Assembly (NCBI GenBank): GCA_934096125.1
Contig: CAKOLB010000004.1
Location: 55,117-119,116, forward strand
Length of the DNA stretch: 64,000 nt
Origin: an uncultured Bacilli bacterium
GTDB taxonomy: Bacteria; Bacillota_I; Bacilli_A; RF39; UBA660
Direction of reading: 5' to 3'
The translations under genes and the position numbers were made by a program. The notes beneath the pieces are model-generated. The model was not told the DNA's origin. It saw only the letters and a program-made list of their open reading frames with translations, and did no database searches. Numbering within the stretch: position 1 is the first letter of the stretch; the number at the start of each line of letters is the position of its first letter. Positions 30,406 to 38,867 of this stretch are shown in pieces.

Positions 30406-33114
30406 ATGTTTTGTCCAAATTGTGGAAATAAAATAAATAAAAATGAAGACTTTTGCTCTAGTTGTGGTACTAATGTAAAAAATTTATTTCCTCCAAAAAA
30501 TAATATATTTTTAAAATGCTTGCAGATATTTGTTAATAATAAGAAAAAAGTGTCTTTGACTTTTTGTGCATCCTTGATTGTTGTTGTAAGTGTTTTACTT
30601 TTTAATAGAGTTTATGGTTTTCATAATTTAAGTTGGGATGATAGTTATAGCGATTATAAACTTACATATGTTTCTCAAACTAATGTTAAGTTGGGAGTAA
30701 AATACAATGGAAATGATGGCTTAAAAAATATTAAGTATATGGCTACTTGTGGAGAAGTTAAAAGTAAGGGATTAAATATAATTTGGGATTTAACTAATTC
30801 TAAAGGCGATTGCGTTATTACAGCTCAAGTGAAAAAAAGAAAAATTACAAAAAGTGTTAAAGTAATAGATGATAAAATAAATGAGGCAGATTTGTGGCTT
30901 TCGGAAGACGAAGATTTTGATAGTGATGATGATTCTGATTATGATGGACTATCTAATAAGCAGGAAAAAGAGTATGGAACTAATCCAAAACTTTTAGATA
31001 GTGATATGGATGGGCTAGATGATTATTATGAAATATTTACTAGTAAAACTGACCCGTTAAAGAAAGATTCTGATAATGATGGTTTAAATGATTATGATGA
31101 AATAGAACTCGGATTAAATCCGCTAGAAAAAGATTCTAAAAATGATGGATTGCTTGATGGAAATAGAACTTTAACGTATGAGTATGAAAAAAATAATATT
31201 AAGATTATTATTAAAGGAACAGGAAATATAGCTAGTGTTAATGCTATAATCAATTCTGATACTAAGATTAGTAATAAAAAAGGTTTAATTAATAAGTTAT
31301 ATACTTTTTATACGGATGGAAAAATAAAGGAAGCTGAAGTAGTTATTCCATATACTGATGAAGAATTAATAAAGTATGGTTTAAGTGAAGATAACTTATC
31401 ACTATATTATTATAATACTGATAGTTCAGTATATGAAAAAATAGATACTGTTATAGATAAAGAAAACAATATTTTAAAAGCTAATTTAGAGCATTTTTCA
31501 AATTATGTTATTGGAGATTCTTCTTTGGTAAGTAATAATATTTCAACAGAAGTGTTATTTATTTTAGATAATTCTTGGAGTATGTATAGTGATGAGGATT
31601 ATAAAAAGATTACTGGTAATGATTCGACTTCGAAGTGGGAAGGATTTGATGCTTCGGGTTTAAGATTTAAACTTACTGACAATTTAATGACAAGGCTTGG
31701 AAATAAAAATTATAAAATTGGATTATCTGAGTTTCGGCGAGATTATCAAAATATCATGGGAATTGGTAGTAGCTTACGAAAACTAAAAAGTGCAATTGAA
31801 TTAATGAATGGAAATTTTTCAACGATTTTACCTGGTACAGATATTTCTAATGCTTTGGTAAGTGGTATTCAGGAATTTAGTGATGATGACACTAATAAAT
31901 ATATAGTTTTACTTACAGATGGGCAGGATTCTGATTTACATAAAGAGGCAAGCAATGTTATAAATAAAGCTACGCTTAAAAATGTAAAGATTTGTTCTAT
32001 AGGTTTTGGTGGAGGTTCTTATAATATGGAACTTGCAAATATTTCTAATGCCACTGGTTGTAAATTTTATTCTTCTGGGGAAGCCTCAGGACTTACAGAG
32101 TTATTTGAAAATCTTGGCTCAGAGTTGGATGATGATTTAGTTGATATTGATAATGATAATAAAGCAGATGGTATTTTAGTTGCTGATAGTGATTTTATAG
32201 TTAATAGAGATGGTTTTTCTTTTAATAATTATCGCTCTAACTTAGCTGATGGACATTGTTATGGTATGGCAACCTTTGCCCAACTTTATTACAAAAAAAT
32301 GTTACCCTTAACTTTTCAAAGTAAAGTACTTGAAGATGCACGTTCTTATGCGTATGATTTAACTAATATATCAAATAATTATCCTAACTTATATAGCTAT
32401 AAGTTACAATCTAATGCACTGAAATATACTTTTGGTTTTGATGTTTTTAAAGAAGAAGTGCCATCGGATTATAGAGTGTTAGAAAAAAATAGATTACTAA
32501 TATCATCAAAATATAAACAAGATATTGAGAGGTTAAATCTTTATGATATCAATCAGCTAGAGTCATCCTTGACCAAAGAAGAGAAAGAACAACGTTATGG
32601 AGTAAATTTTAAAACTTATGAAGTGCCATATTTAAATGAAGATAAAATGCAAAATAATAGTGTTATGGTTCAAGATGATGTAGAACTTTTAAATGCTATA
32701 TATGCATCCTTTATAAAACAATATAATGCATCAAGTTATAGTTCGGGAATGAATTTTGTTTTGTGGCTTAGGAATGTCATAGGGACAGAGTCAAATGATT
32801 ATTCTGGACAGCAAGGTTTTATAAATATTCTTAAAACCCGAATAACTGATAAAGACCCTGTAGTGCTAGCTTCAAATTATAGTGGTGGATTACATGCGAT
32901 AAATGCTATTAGTTTAGTTCAAAGTATTGATAATCCTAATTACTATTACATTGGTGTTTATGATAATAACTATCCAGGAGAAAAAAGATATGTTGATGTC
33001 GAGTGTAAAAATGATTCTTGTTTCACTGTTAGTAATAGTTATTATTCAATGTCAGGTGAACCGCTTAGAATTACACCGTCTTTGGAATATGATTTAAACT
33101 ATTTTAAACAATAG
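30406..33114 (+). CDS. zinc-ribbon / TM / thrombospondin-type-3-like Ca-binding repeats / VWA-domain surface protein
   Basis: MFCPNCGNK…CSSCGT zinc ribbon and one TM. Repeated DxDxDGLxDxxE motifs (DSDMDGLDDYYE, DSDNDGLNDYDE, DSKNDGLLDG). VWA MIDAS-like motif LFILDNSWSM…LLTDGQD. Confidence 0.6.
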   Translation: MFCPNCGNKINKNEDFCSSCGTNVKNLFPPKNNIFLKCLQIFVNNKKKVSLTFCASLIVVVSVLLFNRVYGFHNLSWDDSYSDYKLTYVSQTNVKLGVKYNGNDGLKNIKYMATCGEVKSKGLNIIWDLTNSKGDCVITAQVKKRKITKSVKVIDDKINEADLWLSEDEDFDSDDDSDYDGLSNKQEKEYGTNPKLLDSDMDGLDDYYEIFTSKTDPLKKDSDNDGLNDYDEIELGLNPLEKDSKNDGLLDGNRTLTYEYEKNNIKIIIKGTGNIASVNAIINSDTKISNKKGLINKLYTFYTDGKIKEAEVVIPYTDEELIKYGLSEDNLSLYYYNTDSSVYEKIDTVIDKENNILKANLEHFSNYVIGDSSLVSNNISTEVLFILDNSWSMYSDEDYKKITGNDSTSKWEGFDASGLRFKLTDNLMTRLGNKNYKIGLSEFRRDYQNIMGIGSSLRKLKSAIELMNGNFSTILPGTDISNALVSGIQEFSDDDTNKYIVLLTDGQDSDLHKEASNVINKATLKNVKICSIGFGGGSYNMELANISNATGCKFYSSGEASGLTELFENLGSELDDDLVDIDNDNKADGILVADSDFIVNRDGFSFNNYRSNLADGHCYGMATFAQLYYKKMLPLTFQSKVLEDARSYAYDLTNISNNYPNLYSYKLQSNALKYTFGFDVFKEEVPSDYRVLEKNRLLISSKYKQDIERLNLYDINQLESSLTKEEKEQRYGVNFKTYEVPYLNEDKMQNNSVMVQDDVELLNAIYASFIKQYNASSYSSGMNFVLWLRNVIGTESNDYSGQQGFINILKTRITDKDPVVLASNYSGGLHAINAISLVQSIDNPNYYYIGVYDNNYPGEKRYVDVECKNDSCFTVSNSYYSMSGEPLRITPSLEYDLNYFKQ

Positions 33115-33251
33115 ATGGTTTTTCTAAATCATCTTTTTGTATGGCTTACTTCACTTAATTATCACTTTTTTACCTTAAGTTTACCAAAAATATATTCTAT
33201 ATTTATTTTGTTTGGTGTGATATAATTGATTAGTAAAGGTGGCATGGTGAT

Positions 33252-34187
33252 GTGAAGTTAAAGACATTTAAAACCTTAGATGAACAAATAGATATTCTAA
33301 CAAAAAAAGGATTAGTTATTGAAGATACTGAGGCTGCTAAAAATATATTGCTTCGAGAGAATTATTTTTTCTTAAGTGGTTATCGTCATTTATTTATGGA
33401 TCCAAGTAATAATAAACGTTACTTAGAAAATACAACATTTGAAGAGTTATTTGCAATGTTTACTTTTGATAGACAACTTAGAAATATTATTTTTAAAAAT
33501 ATATTAATTGTGGAAAATAATTTGAAAAGTATACTGGCTTATGTGATGAGTAAAAACCATGGTTTTAAAGAACATAATTATTTAAATCCAAATAATTTTA
33601 ATAATGACCCTAGACGAAGTAAACAAATAAATGATTTAATAAGAAAGATGAAAAGGCAAATAACTGTTAATGGTAAACAACATACAGCGACTGCTCACTA
33701 CCTATATAATTATGGTTATATTCCTTTATGGGTTGTTGTAAAAGTCTTATCATTTGGGATAGTTGGAGAACTTTATACTGTGCTTCAGCATCAAGACCAA
33801 CAAGAAATTGCCGATGTTTATGGTATTTCCATTGATAATATGGTTTTATATTTACCACTAGTTGCTAATTATCGTAATTTGTGTGCTCATGAAGATATAT
33901 GTTATATAAACAGAACTCAAAAGGAGATTGAAAACACCAAATACCATCGTCTTTTGTATATTCCTTTAGCAAGTGGGGAGTATATATATGGTAAAAATGA
34001 TTTGTTTGCTCTGGTAATAATATTAAAACAATTGCTTGATGCTGATAATTTTAATCTATTTATAAGTGAAATAGCATATGAATTTGATAGACTGGCAGGG
34101 AAGCTTAAAGTAATAGAGATTGAAAAGGTTATGCATGAAATGGGATTTCCAAATAATTATAAAGAAATAGTGAGGTTAGAAAAATGA
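33252..34187 (+). CDS. Abi family protein (AbiD/AbiF-type, Abi_2 domain) abortive-infection protein
   Basis: N-terminal pattern LDEQIDILTKKGLVIEDTEAAKNILLRENYFFLSGYRHLFM…FDRQLRNIIFKNILIVENNLKS is characteristic of the Abi_2 (AbiD/AbiF/AbiD1) family. GTG start. Confidence 0.7.
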   Translation: MKLKTFKTLDEQIDILTKKGLVIEDTEAAKNILLRENYFFLSGYRHLFMDPSNNKRYLENTTFEELFAMFTFDRQLRNIIFKNILIVENNLKSILAYVMSKNHGFKEHNYLNPNNFNNDPRRSKQINDLIRKMKRQITVNGKQHTATAHYLYNYGYIPLWVVVKVLSFGIVGELYTVLQHQDQQEIADVYGISIDNMVLYLPLVANYRNLCAHEDICYINRTQKEIENTKYHRLLYIPLASGEYIYGKNDLFALVIILKQLLDADNFNLFISEIAYEFDRLAGKLKVIEIEKVMHEMGFPNNYKEIVRLEK

Positions 34188-35299
34188 AAGATAATATAAA
34201 TAATAATAATAGAAAAACAATTAATTATATATTAATATTTTTTATTGGTTGTTTAGTGATGTATGCGGTTGTTTACTTTTTTCCAACGACAATTACGCAA
34301 AAAGTAACTAAATTAGAAAAAGATGTAACAGTGACAGATACTGGTATAGCAGATGCAGTTGAGAAAGTATATGATGCAGTTGTTATAGTATCTACTTATA
34401 AAAATGACCAATATACAGCATCAGGAACTGGTTTTGTCTTTAAAAAAGATAATGATACTTATTATCTTCTTACCAATAATCATGTTATTGAAGGTGGTAA
34501 TAAAGTAACTGTTACATTTACCAATGGTAATGTTGTGGAAACAAAAGTGGTTGGTAGTGATCAATATTCTGATATAGCTGTTTTATCATTAGAAAGTAAA
34601 GATGATATAGCTGTAACTTCACTTGGTAATAGTGAGAATTTAAGGGTAGGGGATACAGCTTTTACTGTTGGAGCTCCACTTGATAGTGTCTATTCATGGA
34701 CTGTTACAAGAGGAATAGTTTCTGGGAAAGATAGAATGGTTGAAGTATCTTTAGGTTCCAGTAGTAACAGTAGTGATTATGTTATGAAAGTTTTACAAAC
34801 TGATGCATCAATTAACTCTGGTAATAGTGGTGGACCTTTATGTAATTCTAATGGTGAAGTTATTGGTATTACTTCCCTTAAGCTTGTTAGTAGTGGGGTT
34901 GAGGGAATGGGATTTGCCATTCCAATTGAAAATGCTTTAACTAAGGCGGAAGAAATTATCTCAGGCGTATCATCAGAATATCCTTATTTAGGAGTTGGAA
35001 TGATTGATATAGCTACTGCTTACTATTCATATGAGTATTATGACTTGATTAAGAGTTCTGGTCTTTCAAGTGGTGTTATAGTAACTCAAGTAGAAAAGAA
35101 AAGTCCAGCAGGAGAAGCTGGTTTGAAAGATAATGATATAATAACTAAGATTGATGATAAAGAAGTTAAAAATGTTGCTTATTTAAGATATTATTTATAT
35201 CAATATAAGGTTGGAGATAAAGTTAAAATTACATTTAATAGAGATGGTAAAGAAGAAAGTGTAGAAGTAAAACTTGGAACTAATAAAACTACAACTTAA
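34184..35299 (+). CDS. htrA: HtrA/DegP-family serine protease with PDZ domain
   Basis: Catalytic triad contexts HV(I)EG, DIAVL and GNSGGPL. C-terminal PDZ domain. N-terminal TM anchor. Confidence 0.85.
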   Translation: MKDNINNNNRKTINYILIFFIGCLVMYAVVYFFPTTITQKVTKLEKDVTVTDTGIADAVEKVYDAVVIVSTYKNDQYTASGTGFVFKKDNDTYYLLTNNHVIEGGNKVTVTFTNGNVVETKVVGSDQYSDIAVLSLESKDDIAVTSLGNSENLRVGDTAFTVGAPLDSVYSWTVTRGIVSGKDRMVEVSLGSSSNSSDYVMKVLQTDASINSGNSGGPLCNSNGEVIGITSLKLVSSGVEGMGFAIPIENALTKAEEIISGVSSEYPYLGVGMIDIATAYYSYEYYDLIKSSGLSSGVIVTQVEKKSPAGEAGLKDNDIITKIDDKEVKNVAYLRYYLYQYKVGDKVKITFNRDGKEESVEVKLGTNKTTT

Positions 35300-35320
35300 A
35301 TATGGGAGTGATGGTAAAGT

Positions 35321-35908
35321 ATGAAGTGGAAGAGATTAGGAGCTTATCTTATTGATTATACATTTGTGATACTACTGGCAACTTTAATAGCGCAAATTCA
35401 TGTTATTAATCCATATTATGATAATTATCAAGCTGCTTACGAAAAGTATGAAGAAGTAATTAGTGATGTAAATGTTAATAATTCTCTTAGTTATATTAAA
35501 TCTAGTGAGTATGCAAGTAGTTATCATGATGTTATTAAATATGGTTCAGTGATATCGAGTATTTCTATTGTTTGTACACTTCTTTATTTTGTTGGTTTTC
35601 AAAAATGGAATAAAGGTCAAACTTTAGGAAAGAAAATGTTCGGTTTAAAACTGGTAAATGATGAGGGAGAAAATCCAAGTTTACTTGCCTATATCTTGAG
35701 AACAGTTATTATTTATAATGTTTTAATTAATATGCTTATTATAATTTTGGCATTTTTATGCAAGGGGTTAGTATTTGTTATTTTATCGATTATTCTAAAT
35801 TTTGTTGGTAATATTTTGGTATATGGAAGTGCGGCATGTATATTTTTGCGAAAAGATAATAAAGGACTTCATGATATTATTGCTAAAACGAATGTTGTGG
35901 ATGCTTAA
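35321..35908 (+). CDS. RDD-family membrane protein
   Basis: N-terminal KRLGAYLIDYTFV (RDD motif context). 3 TM segments. Confidence 0.55.
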   Translation: MKWKRLGAYLIDYTFVILLATLIAQIHVINPYYDNYQAAYEKYEEVISDVNVNNSLSYIKSSEYASSYHDVIKYGSVISSISIVCTLLYFVGFQKWNKGQTLGKKMFGLKLVNDEGENPSLLAYILRTVIIYNVLINMLIIILAFLCKGLVFVILSIILNFVGNILVYGSAACIFLRKDNKGLHDIIAKTNVVDA

Positions 35909-35911
35909 AAA

Positions 35912-35943
35912 AAGACAAGTTTTAATTAACTTGTCTTTTTATC
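35912..35943. terminator. bidirectional rho-independent terminator
   Basis: AAAAGACAAGTTttaaTTAACTTGTCTTTTT: perfect hairpin flanked by A/T runs, between convergent genes. Confidence 0.7.
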
Positions 35944-36490
35944 TGGCATGACCTAGTGTTCTATTTTTTAGTTTTTCTTTAATTTCTTCCTCATTATTTG
36001 AGCAAGATAAATTTGGTGTGATACCATACAGTTTAGCTTGGTCTTTAAACATTGATTGAGCGATTAAAACTGCATAACTTGGTCTTTTTTCTTTCATAGC
36101 ATTTGTAAATGGTTTTATATATTTTTCAAATATACTTTTTATGTTAGTTATATTATTAGTTTTAGCATCGTTATATACACCGCTAGCTAAAGCTGGACTT
36201 AACATATCATATGTATAAAGCAAGACTTGACCAGTTTTATCTTTTAATAGAAGACTACGTAGTGTTCGAAAAGCTTCCATATAAATACAGTTATCTGCAA
36301 AACCTAAAGAAGATAGTATAGCTGTAACATCGCAGCCGCCGGGCTTGTAACCATTACCAGGTTTATTTACAAAGTCATTACATGCTTGGCTGTTGGGATT
36401 AACGTATTTTCCTTTTTTATTACAGTATCCGTTTCCTGTCCATCTGTCGATTGAACCATCAAAGTTTGCACAATTTAAACAATTATTCAT
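35939..36490 (-). CDS. hypothetical Cys-rich protein
   Basis: 183 aa. The N-terminal 60 aa contain 7 Cys (CLNCANFDGS…GYCNKKG…CNDF…GGCD). No recognised family. Confidence 0.45.
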   Translation of the reverse strand: MNNCLNCANFDGSIDRWTGNGYCNKKGKYVNPNSQACNDFVNKPGNGYKPGGCDVTAILSSLGFADNCIYMEAFRTLRSLLLKDKTGQVLLYTYDMLSPALASGVYNDAKTNNITNIKSIFEKYIKPFTNAMKEKRPSYAVLIAQSMFKDQAKLYGITPNLSCSNNEEEIKEKLKNRTLGHAR

Positions 36491-36644
36491 ATTTTCCCCC
36501 TTGTTGTACTAGCTATTATACTATTTATTTGCAGGTTGTCAATAGTAGTACCTTGTGTGTTAATCATACCTAAATGATTAAAAAATATTGTTAGGCACTT
36601 GACGATATTTTTTTTTTAAGATAAAATTGTATTTCGGTGGTATT

Positions 36645-37100
36645 ATGAGTGAGTGTGGTGTTTTGCGGAAAATTCATGATGTTGATAAATTAATCATGAA
36701 AGAGTTTATTGCGGGGCGAGAAAATTCTTCAAAGTTTTATGTTCCTAGTGCAACGCAGATGAAAATTATGAAATACATATTAGATAACTGTGATAATCCG
36801 GTTTATCAAAGAGATTTGGAAAACATTTTGGGTCTTTCAAGAGCCAGTGTTTCTGGAGTGTTAAAGACGATGGAGAAACATAAAATGATAAAGCGGGTAA
36901 TAGATAGTGATGATGTTAGATGTAAAAGGATAATGCTTAATGATGCTGCTTTGATGATATTTAACCAAGGAAAAGAGAAGTTTACTGAACTTGAGGCTGC
37001 TGTTATAAAGGGGCTTTCGAAGAAAGAGTTAGATACGTTTGATTGGTTGATAAAAAAGATAGAGAATAATATAATTGATTATGTAAATGAGAAAGGATAA
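36645..37100 (+). CDS. MarR-family transcriptional regulator
   Basis: Winged-HTH region YQRDLENILGLSRASVSGVLKTMEKHKMIKR. RBS GGTGGT before the ATG at 36645. Immediately upstream of the ABC exporter pair. Confidence 0.75.
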   Translation: MSECGVLRKIHDVDKLIMKEFIAGRENSSKFYVPSATQMKIMKYILDNCDNPVYQRDLENILGLSRASVSGVLKTMEKHKMIKRVIDSDDVRCKRIMLNDAALMIFNQGKEKFTELEAAVIKGLSKKELDTFDWLIKKIENNIIDYVNEKG

Positions 37101-37103
37101 GTT

Positions 37104-38867
37104 ATGAGAAAATTAATAATAAAAAATTTTAATAAAAAAGATTGGGCTCTAATTTTAGTTAGCGTTGTTTTAATTTTCGGTCAAGTATGGCTAGAACTTA
37201 AGATGCCCGATTATATGTCACAAATTACAGTTTTAGTGCAAACTGAGGGTAGTAAAATGTCTGAAATTATTAAAAATGGGGCATATATGATTTTATGTGC
37301 TTTGGGAAGTTTACTAAGTGCTGTAGTTGTTGGATATTTGATTGCCCGTTTATCTGCGAACTTTTCAAAAGACTTAAGAGAAAAGTTATTTAGTAAAGTT
37401 GAAAGTTTATCTATGCATGAGATAAAAGGCTTTTCAACTAGTAGTTTAATTACTAGGACAACAAATGATGTTACTCAAATAGAAATGTTTGTAGGTATGG
37501 GGATTCAACTTTTGATAAAAGCTCCGATTACGGCGATATGGGCGATTACCAAAATACTAAATAAAAGCTGGCAATGGAGTGCGGTGACAGCTACTTGTGT
37601 AGTAATACTACTTGCGGTTATAAGTATTTTAGTTGTTTTAGTTATGCCAAAATTTAAGATTGTTCAAAAATTAACTGATAAATTAAATAATGTTACGAGA
37701 GAAAATTTAATGGGTATTAGAGTGGTTAGAGCTTTTAATGCGGAAGATTTTCAACAAGACAGATTTGAAGATGTTAATAATAATTTAACAAATTTACAAC
37801 TTTTCAATCAAAAAACTATGGCGATAATGTCACCAGTGATGTACCTTATTATGTATATGTTAACTTTGGCAATTTACTTTATCGGAGCCTTTTTAATTCA
37901 AGATGCTATGATGGCAGATAAAATTTCATTGTTTGGAGATATGGTGGTATTTTCTAGTTATGCAATGCAAATTATTATGTCTTTCTTGATGTTAGCAATG
38001 ATTTTTATGATTTTACCAAGAGCTAGTGTTTCTGCAGGAAGAATAAATGAGGTGTTGGAAACAAATGTTTCTATTCAAAATGGTAGTTATACAAATATAG
38101 ATACGGATGAAGTTGGAGTTGTTGAATTTAAAAATGTATCGTTTAAATATCCTGATGCAGAAGAATATATTTTGAAAGATATATCATTTACGGCGAAAAA
38201 AGGAGAGACTGTTGCATTTATTGGATCTACTGGAAGTGGAAAGTCAACCTTAATTAACTTAATAGTTCGTTTTTATGATGCTACTAGTGGAGAAATATTA
38301 ATTGATGGTATAAATGTAAAAGATTATGATACTGAAGTGCTTTATAAAAAAATTGGATATGTTTCTCAGAAACCAGTGATATTTAGTGGAGATATAAATT
38401 ATAATATTGCTTATGGTGAAGCTAAAAATGAAATAACTGAACAAAAAATTAAAGAGGCAGCTTTAGTGGCACAAGCTCAAGAGTTTATTTTGAAAATGGA
38501 TGAAACATATCAAACAAAGCTTGCGCAAGGAGGAACAAACGTTTCTGGGGGACAAAAACAAAGATTATCGATTGCCCGGGCCATTGCTCGAGATCCGGAA
38601 GTATATATATTTGATGACTCTTTTTCAGCGCTTGACTATAAAACGGATGCAACACTTCGAAGTGAACTCAAGAAATATACAAGTGATGCTACAAACTTAA
38701 TAGTAGCACAAAGAATAGGAACTATTATGCATGCTGATAAAATTATTGTACTTGATAATGGATGTGCAGTTGGAGTGGGTACGCATGCGGAACTTTTAAA
38801 AAATTGTGATATATATAAACAAATTGCGTTATCACAATTATCGAAGGAGGAACTGGAAAATGCCTAG
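37104..38867 (+). CDS. ABC multidrug-type exporter, fused permease/ATPase subunit 1 (heterodimeric, LmrCD/BmrCD-like)
   Basis: 6 TM segments followed by an NBD with Walker A GSTGSGKST, signature VSGGQKQRL and Walker B IFDDSFSALD. Confidence 0.85.
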   Translation: MRKLIIKNFNKKDWALILVSVVLIFGQVWLELKMPDYMSQITVLVQTEGSKMSEIIKNGAYMILCALGSLLSAVVVGYLIARLSANFSKDLREKLFSKVESLSMHEIKGFSTSSLITRTTNDVTQIEMFVGMGIQLLIKAPITAIWAITKILNKSWQWSAVTATCVVILLAVISILVVLVMPKFKIVQKLTDKLNNVTRENLMGIRVVRAFNAEDFQQDRFEDVNNNLTNLQLFNQKTMAIMSPVMYLIMYMLTLAIYFIGAFLIQDAMMADKISLFGDMVVFSSYAMQIIMSFLMLAMIFMILPRASVSAGRINEVLETNVSIQNGSYTNIDTDEVGVVEFKNVSFKYPDAEEYILKDISFTAKKGETVAFIGSTGSGKSTLINLIVRFYDATSGEILIDGINVKDYDTEVLYKKIGYVSQKPVIFSGDINYNIAYGEAKNEITEQKIKEAALVAQAQEFILKMDETYQTKLAQGGTNVSGGQKQRLSIARAIARDPEVYIFDDSFSALDYKTDATLRSELKKYTSDATNLIVAQRIGTIMHADKIIVLDNGCAVGVGTHAELLKNCDIYKQIALSQLSKEELENA

